Below are positions 1 to 8,928 of a stretch of 64,000 nt of DNA, piece after piece (the stretch's first letter is position 1; each line of letters starts with the position of its first letter). Made by a program: the position numbers and the translations under genes. The notes below the pieces were generated by a model. It searched no databases and was not told the origin of the DNA. It saw nothing but the letters and a program-made list of their open reading frames with translations. This stretch comes from an uncultured archaeon (GTDB lineage Archaea; Thermoproteota; Bathyarchaeia; TCS64), in the NCBI GenBank assembly GCA_938048735.1, contig CALIUM010000011.1, positions 24,816 through 88,815 of the forward strand. The letters are read 5' to 3'.

Positions 1-796
1 CTTCGCTAGGCTTAAGGGGAGCAGGGTCGAGGTGGTTAGGGAGTTCAGCTCGGGCGTACCGGGCAAGCATAGGGCTGGGGGGCAGAGCAGCAGGAGGTTC
101 GAGAGGATCAGGGAGATGCACCTCAACGAGTACTTCACGAGGATTGGGAACCACATGACAGAGATCTTCCTCGGGGTACCTAACCTGAAGGGTATAATCA
201 TAGGCGGGACCGGCCCGACAAAGGAGGAGTTCGTTAAGGGGAACTACATCCACCACGAGCTTAGGCCGAAGATCCTGGCGGTCGTGGACACAGCCTACAC
301 CGGGATAGAGGGCGTTAAGGAGGCTGTTGAGAGGTCGAGCGAGTACCTGAAGAAGGTCCGCTACCTCGAGGAGAGGCAGCTGATCCAGAACTTCCTATAT
401 GAGATAGGCCATGATACAGGCCTCGCCACCTATGGGGAGAGGGAGGTCATACAGGCCCTGAGGAGAGTTAATGTGAGGGTCCTCCTCCTATCAGAGGGCC
501 TGGACCGGTTTATGGTGAGGTTCAGGTGCGGGGAATGCGGACAAGAGGAGACAAAGATAATCGAACGAAGTGAGCTCGAAAGCCTTGAGCAGCCCTCGGG
601 GGCATTGAGGTGTCCCTCATGTGGAAGTGCAACCTACTTGATGGTGGAGAGGGAAGACCTTATAGAGGCTCTATCCAAGATGGCTGAGGCGGCTGAGGCC
701 AGGGTAGAGATAATATCCGCAAAGACCGAGGAGGGGGAGATGCTCCTCAAGTCCTTCGGAGGGGTCGCAGCCATCCTTAAACGCCCCCTATATTAG
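1..796 (+). CDS. prf1: Peptide chain release factor aRF1 (eRF1 family), 5'-truncated at the window edge; C-terminal domain carries a CxxC...CxxC zinc-ribbon insertion
   Basis: GGQ motif (HRAGGQSSRRFERIRE) typical of eRF1/aRF1; the frame is open from the window start; two Cys pairs (RCGECG...CPSCG) near the C terminus; stop TAG at 794-796. Confidence 0.85.
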   Translation, partial: FARLKGSRVEVVREFSSGVPGKHRAGGQSSRRFERIREMHLNEYFTRIGNHMTEIFLGVPNLKGIIIGGTGPTKEEFVKGNYIHHELRPKILAVVDTAYTGIEGVKEAVERSSEYLKKVRYLEERQLIQNFLYEIGHDTGLATYGEREVIQALRRVNVRVLLLSEGLDRFMVRFRCGECGQEETKIIERSELESLEQPSGALRCPSCGSATYLMVEREDLIEALSKMAEAAEARVEIISAKTEEGEMLLKSFGGVAAILKRPLY

Positions 797-3238
797 CTAG
801 ATGGAGAATCGGATCCCCGGATACCCCTCGACCTCCACGTCTCCTCCCGATCCTCTTATGACCTCCAGTCTCTCCGCCTTAACGGTCTCCTTGATATCTT
901 TCATCCCCGACATAAGGGCCTCAAGATCCTCCCCCTTCTCAGCATATAATGCCACATGGGTAATGGGCCTGTTGAGTGGGATGCCCCTGCGGTTCTTCTC
1001 CCTACGTAGATCCCTAATAACAGAGATTATGAGTTCTCCCTTCTCCTCAGCCTCAGGATCGATAAGCGTCTCATCGAAGTTAGGCCAGGAGGTGAGGTGA
1101 ATGCTGTCCCCCTCTCCTGCGGAGTACATGTAGCTGTAGATCTCCTCAGTAATATATGGGATCACCGGGGCCAACAACTGGAGAATCCTCTTAACCGCAT
1201 AGTAGAGGGCCGCTTGGGCTGACCTCCTCTTCTCCCCACCCCCATATAGTCTATACTTCACGGCCTCAAGATAGTGGTCGCAGAAGACATGCCATACGAA
1301 ATTCCGGACGGTCTCCAGGGCATTCATGAACTGGCAATCCTCCAGCCAATTCGTCACAGCCTTCACAACCCTCTCAAGCGTGCTCAGCATCCATCGATCT
1401 AAGAGTTCAGGCTCAGCCTTAATATTGGGGTCATAGTCCTCCAGCTGGATGCTCACGAACCTGCAGGCGTTCCAGAGTTTCCTCATGAACCTCGCCCCAT
1501 ACTCCACGTCGCTCCACCTGAATGGGACATCGAACCCCGTGCTCCCGCCGGCAGCGGCCCACTGTCGAGCCGCATCCGCCCCGTACTTGTTGAAGACCTC
1601 TGGGGTGGCCACGAAGTTTCCGAGGGACTTGCTCATCTTCCTCCCATCCCTTCCAAGAACCATACCGTTTATGAGCACAGACCTGAAGGGGGCCTCTCCG
1701 AATAGGGCTAGATGTCTGACCACAAGGTAGTAGGCCCAGGTTCTAATGATGTCCTGACCGGATGGGTGGATGGAGGCTGGGAAGAGCTTCCGCCAGTCCT
1801 CCCTATCGGGCCATCCTGCGTGGATCGCACAGGTCAAGGAGGAGTCGAACCAGGTGTCCAGCACATCCCTCTCAGGCTCAAACTCTGATGAGCCGCAGTT
1901 TGGGCATGGTTCTCTGGGCTGTGTGGTCTTAGGATCCACAGGCAGCTCCTCAGGCCTCGCCATCCTGATGGCCCCGCAGCCCTTACAGTACCATGCTGGT
2001 ATAGGTGTGGCGAAGACCCTCTGTCTGCTGAGAACCCAGTCCCATTTTAGGGATCTAGCCCAGTCAATCAACCTGTAGCGCATCCAGTCGGGGTACCACT
2101 TCATGTCCATGGCCGCCCTCTCAACCTCGTCTGTGAGGATGCGGGTTCTCATGAACCACTGGGGCTTGCTCAGTATCTCTATGGGCGTATCGCACCTCCA
2201 GCATGTTCCGATCTCCTGCTCCAGCTCCTCCACCCCCCTAAGGAGCCCCAGCTCCTCTAGGTCCGCTATGATCCTCCTCTTAGCCTCCTCCAAGCTTAGC
2301 CCCTTGTAGATTCCAGCGGCCTCCGTCATCCTCCCCTTCTCATCTATCAGGCTTATCACGGGGAGCCCATACTTCGCCACAGCTAGGACATCATCTTTAT
2401 CTCCATATGTGCAGATCATCATCGCGCCTGTTCCAAACTCTGGGTCCACGGCGTCGTCTGCTATTATCGGCACCTTCCTACCTACTATGGGAACACTAGC
2501 TTCTCCCCCTATGAGGTGACTGTAACGTTCATCTTCGGGGTGAACCCCTATGGCGACGCAGGCTGGAATATACTCCGGTCGGGTGGTTGCTATCAAAAGC
2601 TCCTTCCCCTCTTCGAGGCCGAAGGCTATGGTGTATAGCTTACCCTTCACCCTGGTATGGTCTACCTCGGCGTCTGCGATGGCGGTTTCGCATCTCGGGC
2701 ACCAGTTGACTGGGTGAACCCCCTTATAGATCATTCCCTTATCATATAGCATTATGAAGCTGAGCTGGATCTTGCGCATGTAGTCGGGATCCATGGTCCT
2801 GTACTCCAGGCTCCAGTCCACGCTGCAGCCGAGTCTTATCACCGCCTCCTTCATTACGGCTATATACTGCTCTATCCACTCCTCGCATAGCCTCCTGAAC
2901 TCGCTTGGAGGCACCTCTGACCTCCTGATCCCGTGGGCCTTCTCAACGGCCACCTCGGTCGGGAGGCCGTGACAGTCCCATCCCTGGGGGAAGTGGACAT
3001 TATAGCCTTGCATCCTCTTAAACCTGGCAACTATATCGAAGTAGGTCCAGTTGAGGACATTCCCCATGTGGAACTCCCCGCTGGGATATGGAGGGGGGGT
3101 ATCTATGGAGAACCTAGGCCTCTCATCATCCTCCCAGTCGTACCTGTAGGTGCCCCACTCCATCCAGAGCCTAGCCCACTTCCTCTCAACTTCTAAGAAG
3201 TCAACTACCTTAGGAAGAGGCCTCATCCAGAATAACAC
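797..3238 (-). CDS. valS: Valyl-tRNA synthetase (class I aaRS)
   Basis: 813 aa; HIGH-like HMGN in PPPYPSGEFHMGN; KMSKS (KMSKSLGN); editing-domain motif ATTRPEY...VAIGVHPEDERY matching the ValRS TTRPET box; size fits archaeal ValRS. Confidence 0.75.
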   Translation of the reverse strand: MLFWMRPLPKVVDFLEVERKWARLWMEWGTYRYDWEDDERPRFSIDTPPPYPSGEFHMGNVLNWTYFDIVARFKRMQGYNVHFPQGWDCHGLPTEVAVEKAHGIRRSEVPPSEFRRLCEEWIEQYIAVMKEAVIRLGCSVDWSLEYRTMDPDYMRKIQLSFIMLYDKGMIYKGVHPVNWCPRCETAIADAEVDHTRVKGKLYTIAFGLEEGKELLIATTRPEYIPACVAIGVHPEDERYSHLIGGEASVPIVGRKVPIIADDAVDPEFGTGAMMICTYGDKDDVLAVAKYGLPVISLIDEKGRMTEAAGIYKGLSLEEAKRRIIADLEELGLLRGVEELEQEIGTCWRCDTPIEILSKPQWFMRTRILTDEVERAAMDMKWYPDWMRYRLIDWARSLKWDWVLSRQRVFATPIPAWYCKGCGAIRMARPEELPVDPKTTQPREPCPNCGSSEFEPERDVLDTWFDSSLTCAIHAGWPDREDWRKLFPASIHPSGQDIIRTWAYYLVVRHLALFGEAPFRSVLINGMVLGRDGRKMSKSLGNFVATPEVFNKYGADAARQWAAAGGSTGFDVPFRWSDVEYGARFMRKLWNACRFVSIQLEDYDPNIKAEPELLDRWMLSTLERVVKAVTNWLEDCQFMNALETVRNFVWHVFCDHYLEAVKYRLYGGGEKRRSAQAALYYAVKRILQLLAPVIPYITEEIYSYMYSAGEGDSIHLTSWPNFDETLIDPEAEEKGELIISVIRDLRREKNRRGIPLNRPITHVALYAEKGEDLEALMSGMKDIKETVKAERLEVIRGSGGDVEVEGYPGIRFSI

Positions 3239-3245
3239 CTCCCGC

Positions 3246-3259
3246 TTTTTTACTATATG
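3246..3259 (-). promoter_or_regulatory. A/T-rich TATA-like element ~10-20 nt upstream of the valS start codon (a leaderless-type promoter is plausible)
   Basis: tttttactatat immediately upstream of the minus-strand ATG at 3238; archaeal promoters are A/T boxes ~25 nt upstream of the TSS. Confidence 0.25.
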
Positions 3260-3566
3260 TAACGCCGAATTCAGAACAGGCTTGAGGCAAATCTTGCTTC
3301 CAGATTTTCCAGCGGTCTAACCCTACGACTTCACCGGAGGCGTATCTCCGGGGAATGGACAAAGCAATACCCCATTTCTAGCCCCTCTATAGCCCGATGG
3401 TTAGTGAAGAACGATGTAAAAATAAAAACTTTGCCCTTCTACAGAGGCCGCCATAAACCCCCTCCTTACCCGAGATCATACAAGAATGAGAAAATAAACT
3501 AACATGGCACTGGGTAGAATGACAACACCCAATTTTTCCCTCCTCTATGAACTAATTGGGGTTCTG

Positions 3567-4400
3567 CTAGGCCTCTATGACCCTTTTCCCATCCTTCTTG
3601 GTGGGCCCTGATACCTCGATAAATTCGGAGAGATCTATCTTCATGCCATCCCTAGCCGCTATGGAGGGGATCCCTGTCTCCTCTTCGAGGTATGCAGCCT
3701 CCTTATCGGGCCCCGCCTTGAGCATGGACATCCCAAAGTGGGTCAGAACAACACATGAAGGCCCTGCCTCCCCCATCACCCTCAAAGCATCATCGACTGA
3801 TAGATGGAGGGGGAGGGGCATCCCCCTAGGCCTCATGGTGCACAGGACTAGGAGTCGAACCGCCTTATATCCCTCGCCCAGCCCTGGGAAGTACTCGGTA
3901 TCCGATGTGTAACCGATCGATCCAACCCCTGGGATATCAACCCTAACCCCAACCGTCTGAGGGTCGCCGTGCCTGGCTTCTAGAGCCTGAAACCTCAGCC
4001 CCCCGAGCTCAAATCCTCCCCCAGGGCTTAGAGGGACAACCCTCTCGACAAGGCTCTGATGATAACTAGATACACTTGGGCCCAGCCCTCCCTCACCGTA
4101 GAGTACGCTCCTAGATGCCGCGAGGACTCCCCTCCTCCTCGTCGCGCCATGGCTCATAGCCTCCAGAAAGACCTCCGCGTCGCAGTAGTGGTCTGGGTGG
4201 CAGTGGGTCACTATGACCGCTCCCAGCCTCTGAGGGCTCAGTCCAGCCCAGTTGGAGAACACGAGGGCTCCAGGTCCGGGGTCAATATGAACCTGTTCAG
4301 AGCCATGGACGAGGCGGATACCAGCCGTCCTCCTCGACTGGTTTATCATGACGAATCTACCCCCACCCGTCCCCAGGAAGTGTAGGCTTAGATTACTCAA
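3567..4400 (-). CDS. Metallo-beta-lactamase-fold hydrolase (possibly RNase Z-like)
   Basis: HxHxDH motif (THCHPDH); N-terminal FLGTGGG beta-strand-glycine motif; 277 aa. Confidence 0.7.
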   Translation of the reverse strand: MSNLSLHFLGTGGGRFVMINQSRRTAGIRLVHGSEQVHIDPGPGALVFSNWAGLSPQRLGAVIVTHCHPDHYCDAEVFLEAMSHGATRRRGVLAASRSVLYGEGGLGPSVSSYHQSLVERVVPLSPGGGFELGGLRFQALEARHGDPQTVGVRVDIPGVGSIGYTSDTEYFPGLGEGYKAVRLLVLCTMRPRGMPLPLHLSVDDALRVMGEAGPSCVVLTHFGMSMLKAGPDKEAAYLEEETGIPSIAARDGMKIDLSEFIEVSGPTKKDGKRVIEA

Positions 4401-4448
4401 GGCAGGAGTCCTTCCAAGGAGTTAATATTTAAAAGCTCCCTATCGGAA

Positions 4449-4670
4449 AAGTCTTATCGGGCCCGTAGCTTAGCTTGGTCAAAGCGCTCGGCTGATAAAG
4501 GGGTTAAGGAGACCATGGGGGAAATATCGAGGTATGCGGGACATGAGGAAGATCCAAAAGAAGGTATACAACCCCCAGCCCAGGTTAGCATACCGACCTT
4601 AAATCTCGAGCACTCTCCAACCCCTGTGGAGACCGAGAGAGCATGAGTTCAAATCTCATCGGGCCCACCA
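4449..4670 (+). tRNA. tRNA-Ile (anticodon GAU) carrying a long intron; 3' CCA encoded
   Basis: Acceptor stem GGGCCCG/CGGGCCC; D-arm GCTT-AGCTTGGTCA-AAGC; anticodon stem CTCGG/CCGAG with loop CTGATAA split after position 37; T-arm ATGAG-TTCAAAT-CTCAT; discriminator A then CCA. Confidence 0.65.
4488..4631 (+). other. tRNA intron (~144 nt) at the canonical 37/38 position of tRNA-Ile
   Basis: Sequence lying between the two halves of the anticodon stem-loop; exon 2 resumes with A-CCGAG, which completes the anticodon stem. Confidence 0.55.
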
Positions 4671-4768
4671 AAAATTTTAAGTGAATATTATCTTTATAAT
4701 AACAGATGATGATTTTCGATCACAATTCATAACAAGATCGTTGAAATGATAGTTCTTTGGAACATCGT

Positions 4769-6490
4769 TCACTGGGCTGTTGTAGGCCTTATCTTCCCAA
4801 GCTCCACCGCAGTTATGTATCTCCCCATAGTCCTCGTAGGGATGAAGGTTAATCGTCCCCTCATCCTGTCGTCGTCTATAGCGTAGAGGTCGAGTTCCAC
4901 CGTGAACTCTCCAGCCCCCCAGAGTGCGTACTCCTCTGGGGGTTTGAACCTGTACCTACCCTTGATCTCTCCGTTCTCAGCTTTGAACCCCTCTAGGGGG
5001 TGTCTCATTCCAGCCATATCGGTTGCTGTTCCTCTTAGGGGTTCCATCACCTCGAGTTCAAGGGTGTAAAACCCATATGTATGGGTGTACTCCCCTCTCC
5101 ACAGACCCCTTAGGTCTACATCCCTCTTCACGGCCCGTTCCTCCTTGCCAAGGCGTTGGAGAACCATGTTCTCCAGGTCGAACTGCTTGGCCCTTCCCCC
5201 CTCTTCGAACTCGAAGGTCAGCTCGTATCCGTCGTACCTGGTACCATGCACAATATATCTGCCGTCCCCGAGCTCCTCTAGGAAGGCCCTACCCCCCATC
5301 ATATCCACGAGGAGGTAGCCGTTCTCAACCTTGACCTCAGCCCTCTGCCCGTTCTCACCGTAGGACCCGATGAGGTCTCTCCATCCCTTGGGAATCCTCT
5401 GAAACCTATCCGGGTTTACGGGGGCTGGCCTCCCAGAGATGATCCTTAGGGCCGTGGGGGCTGGAGGCCTCCAACCTGAGCCGTCGTTGAGATTGCTCAG
5501 CCAGCAGACCCCTATACCGAGGTCTTTATAGAATGCCACATGGTTTGTGAAGCCCGGGAGGCCTCCGGTGTGGGAGAGCATAACATGGCCGCTGTGGATG
5601 CTCCTGAACCATGTGAGCGCCATCCCACTCCTAGAACCCCCGGCGCTCTTCTGGAGCCTATGCATCTCCTCAACGGTCTCCTCATCTAATAGGCGGCGCC
5701 CCCTGTATACTCCTCCGTTTAGGTTGCATATGATGAAGTGGGAGAGGTCGATGACATTTGAATATAGGCTCCCAGCTGGGTCCTCCGGCCTAGTTCCTAT
5801 GACGTAGCGGTCCACGCGTTCCAGCGGCTTATCGGCTCCGCCGCTCCTCACATATCCAGTGGCAAGGGAGGCCTCCATCTCCGGCGTCAGGTCGAAGCCG
5901 CTCATATCCATCTCCAGCGGGCTTAGGACATGCCTCTTCACGTAGACGTCATAGGGCTCCCCTGAGAAGAGTTCTATGAGGTATCCAACGATGGAATAGG
6001 CCGTGTTGCAGTAGGCCCACGCCTCCCCTGGGGTTTTCACGACCCGAGCTGCCTTGGCTATGTAGTCCCTCAGGCTCAAGGCCTCCTCAACCCGCCTGAA
6101 GAGTGGGGGAACTCTTGTCGGCATGCCCGAGTAGTGGGTTAGAAGATCCCTGATAGTAGGCCTCCTCTCGAAGGGGTTCCTGAGTTCGAAATCCAGATAC
6201 ATATCAACAGGGTCATCGAGGCTGAAGCCGCCTCTCTCCATTAATTGGAGAAACCCGAAGGTAACGAGAGGCTTCGTGACCGAGGCGCAGCGATAGACTG
6301 TACTAGGGGTCGCCTCAATCCCATTCTCGACGTCGGCGTATCCAAAGCCCTTAGACCACACAACCTCCCCACCCATCACAACAGCTACAGAGGAGCCGGA
6401 ATGGCCCCTGCAAACCAGTTCAGCTGTGATAAATTTCTCAAGCTCCTCGAAACCCTCAGAACTCCTCTCCATACCAAACATAAAATCCAA
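4769..6490 (-). CDS. Serine hydrolase of the beta-lactamase/penicillin-binding (class C-like) family with a C-terminal extension domain
   Basis: SxxK active-site motif (CASVTKPLV); 573 aa; N-terminal ~350 aa beta-lactamase-like, C-terminal ~200 aa extra domain. Confidence 0.75.
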   Translation of the reverse strand: MDFMFGMERSSEGFEELEKFITAELVCRGHSGSSVAVVMGGEVVWSKGFGYADVENGIEATPSTVYRCASVTKPLVTFGFLQLMERGGFSLDDPVDMYLDFELRNPFERRPTIRDLLTHYSGMPTRVPPLFRRVEEALSLRDYIAKAARVVKTPGEAWAYCNTAYSIVGYLIELFSGEPYDVYVKRHVLSPLEMDMSGFDLTPEMEASLATGYVRSGGADKPLERVDRYVIGTRPEDPAGSLYSNVIDLSHFIICNLNGGVYRGRRLLDEETVEEMHRLQKSAGGSRSGMALTWFRSIHSGHVMLSHTGGLPGFTNHVAFYKDLGIGVCWLSNLNDGSGWRPPAPTALRIISGRPAPVNPDRFQRIPKGWRDLIGSYGENGQRAEVKVENGYLLVDMMGGRAFLEELGDGRYIVHGTRYDGYELTFEFEEGGRAKQFDLENMVLQRLGKEERAVKRDVDLRGLWRGEYTHTYGFYTLELEVMEPLRGTATDMAGMRHPLEGFKAENGEIKGRYRFKPPEEYALWGAGEFTVELDLYAIDDDRMRGRLTFIPTRTMGRYITAVELGKIRPTTAQ

Positions 6491-7092
6491 TATAAAAATA
6501 TTTAAACTTCTCTTTAATGAAATTTTGTAACCTTTAGGATGGAATTGCAGAATGGAAACTGCAAAAAAAGTAGAATATAGCTTGGAAGAACTAAGGTTAT
6601 TTCAAGTTAATCACATCTGGCTTGGGTGAGATCAACCCTTGGTTTGAGCTGTTTTGCTACCGGGTCTACCTGGTAGCCGAGGTCCTCTAGGGGATGTGAA
6701 TCCAAGGACTAATCCTCCGGATCGAAGATCACGAGGGCACAAGATCAGGTATCAAGCACGGCGACAAAACCTCCCGCTCAACCACAGCTCCGCCATGACT
6801 CTCAGCCTCCTAAAGCCAAGAGGCTCAGGCCCAGCTCCTCAAGTAATCCTCGATGGTTCGATGTGAAGGCCACCCCCGCGTCGACAGCTCGTGTTGGACA
6901 TATCCGCTGGATCATATATTAGAATCCCTACATATGTGAAGTCCAAATTCCAAAACAGATGATATGTGGCTACAGATGACTAGAACTAAGTTCAATTTCA
7001 TCATTGAAGAAAAATGATCTTAATTTAAATTCCCTTTAAATGATGCTCATATATGGTGATCATCGTTAGCCTCGTTGATGGAAGGATGAGGC

Positions 7093-7539
7093 TTAGGTCT
7101 CTGATGATGAGGCCCTCTCCTCGGCCGCGGTTCTCATTATGAACCTCAGCGTCCCGCGGCCCATGGGCAATTCCTCTAGCTTTTCGAGAGGTACCCACCT
7201 AGCCTCAAGGGCGTCAGAGGAGGGTTTGAGGCTCCCCCCGACCACCCTGCAGAGGAACTCAGAGAGGATGTAGTGGTACCTAACCCTCCCCTCCTCATCT
7301 CTAACAATGGAGTCGTAGACCTCCAGCAGCTTTATAGGCTCCACCTCGATCCCGCACTCCTCCCTCACCTCCCTGACTATAGCCTCCCTGACGGTCTCAC
7401 CCAGCTCAACGACGCCCCCGGGCAATCCCCACAACCCCTCACCAGGAGGATTCCTCCTCCTAGTTAGGAGGACCTCATTACCCCTGAGGATCACGGCGGC
7501 CACCCCCGCTATGGGCCTCTCGGGATACTCTCGCCTCAT
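7093..7539 (-). CDS. NUDIX hydrolase
   Basis: Nudix box GGVVELGETVREAIVREVREECGI (Gx5Ex7REUxEExGU). Confidence 0.8.
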   Translation of the reverse strand: MRREYPERPIAGVAAVILRGNEVLLTRRRNPPGEGLWGLPGGVVELGETVREAIVREVREECGIEVEPIKLLEVYDSIVRDEEGRVRYHYILSEFLCRVVGGSLKPSSDALEARWVPLEKLEELPMGRGTLRFIMRTAAEERASSSET

Positions 7540-7696
7540 ATCTCACCCAAGCCCAGAGGGTTCAGCTACAGCCTTTCAAGGCTGGAAGATATTTCCCCCT
7601 AAAAGTATTATATCTTCTCAGATGAGAAAGGGAGCTTATTGGTAGAAGGGCCTTTCTCAACGAGTTCATAAACAATCTATGGGAAATAAAAAGGGG

Positions 7697-8833
7697 TTAT
7701 GCCTCCTTCCCCCTTCTCCTCGTTACGAAGTAGGCGATGGCTGCACCGATGATGAGCCCCACTACGACTCCACCTCCGAGACCCATATACAGGTTGTTCG
7801 TCCTCTCAACCTCTAAGGAGCTTACCCTCGCCTCAAGGATCTTCACCTTATCCTCTTGGGTCTTCAGCTTGGAGCTGAGCTCATCTATCTTGCTCTTAGA
7901 CGCCGTTAACTCGGCGTTCAACTTTGAAATGTTATTCTGGAGCTCCATGATTCGATAGTAGGTCTCGAACTTCAATGCGAAGTTGATCATGTTGGTCACG
8001 AAGGTCGGGCCGTCTAGGGCTACGCCGTAGTAGACCGAGGACCATGTTGGCTCATAATCCCCATAGGGGCTCTCTCCGCTCGCTATGACCAGCCCCATCT
8101 TATCCCCGACCTTAACAAACTCGGCCGCGTTAAGAACTAGGGAACCCGACTGGCCTGCGGTATGTGCCCTCGCCGCTGGTGGGCTGTTCTCGACTATCTT
8201 CCCGTTGGTTGAGGTCTTCACTATCCTCACCACGTTTTCAGGCTTCTCAGCCTCCAGGGCAACCCAAGACCCGTCTGGCTTGACATAGGCCAATACCCCT
8301 GGGCCGTGGTATAGAACTGGATTTGAGATGCCGACTAGGAGGTCGCTCCTCACAGGCTCATCCGGGTCGACGTTGGCAACCACCCTGTATGGGGCTTTAG
8401 CATTCTGAACAGGATCCTCTGCGGAGCATAGGTCCAATCTTAGCCTGGAGCCTAACGCCTCCAGCAGGCCGTTTGCAGTGTCCTGGTAGCCCACACCCGG
8501 TCCATAGTCGCTATCTGCTGCGATCCAGACGGCTTTTCCCCCCTCGAGGAACCAGGACTTAAGCGCCGATATCTCATCCGGTGTGAAGGCGGCTGTCGGC
8601 TGTCCTATGAGGAGAAGCTTGACTCCTGAGAGGGATGCAGAGTTGAACTCTTTGATGGTTCTCCATTCAACAAAGGTGATGTTTCCGGTTATGAAGCTGA
8701 GATACTTGTCGCTCTCCCCATGCGATAGGTCCACCGCGACAATAACGCGCTCGCCTCCAACAGGAGTTGATGCAGGTAAAGCTGCCGTTGTTAGGAGAAG
8801 GAGAATTAATGCAATCTTCTTAAGTGACATCAA
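7697..8833 (-). CDS. Secreted/cell-surface protein: signal peptide, ~270-aa globular domain, coiled-coil stalk, C-terminal transmembrane anchor
   Basis: N-terminal hydrophobic signal (LILLLLTTAALPAS); heptad-like segment (ELQNNISKLNAELTASKSKIDELSSKLKTQEDKVKILEARVSSLE); C-terminal GLGGGVVVGLIIGAAIAYFV followed by RRRGKEA. Confidence 0.6.
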   Translation of the reverse strand: MMSLKKIALILLLLTTAALPASTPVGGERVIVAVDLSHGESDKYLSFITGNITFVEWRTIKEFNSASLSGVKLLLIGQPTAAFTPDEISALKSWFLEGGKAVWIAADSDYGPGVGYQDTANGLLEALGSRLRLDLCSAEDPVQNAKAPYRVVANVDPDEPVRSDLLVGISNPVLYHGPGVLAYVKPDGSWVALEAEKPENVVRIVKTSTNGKIVENSPPAARAHTAGQSGSLVLNAAEFVKVGDKMGLVIASGESPYGDYEPTWSSVYYGVALDGPTFVTNMINFALKFETYYRIMELQNNISKLNAELTASKSKIDELSSKLKTQEDKVKILEARVSSLEVERTNNLYMGLGGGVVVGLIIGAAIAYFVTRRRGKEA

Positions 8834-8928
8834 CTACCTCTTTTTAATGGTAATATTTATGATTTTATATTTATTTTCAAGGTTCAACCCTTGAAAAGCT
8901 TAAAATAAACGCTCAGCCTTCAAAGGGG

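Noticed and set aside
801-3196. Several 60-110-aa plus-strand ORFs inside valS
   Set aside because: They are antisense shadows within a long, well-supported aaRS gene.
3567-4400. Calling the MBL-fold protein tRNase Z (rnz)
   Set aside because: The HxHxDH motif and N-terminal FLGTG are compatible with this call, but the motif variant (HCHPDH) and the absence of a clear exosite segment prevent a specific call. It is kept as a generic MBL-fold hydrolase.
6654-6866. 70-aa Arg/Pro-rich ORF in the long spacer
   Set aside because: It has low complexity and no start context. The region is more likely non-coding or an ncRNA (flagged separately).
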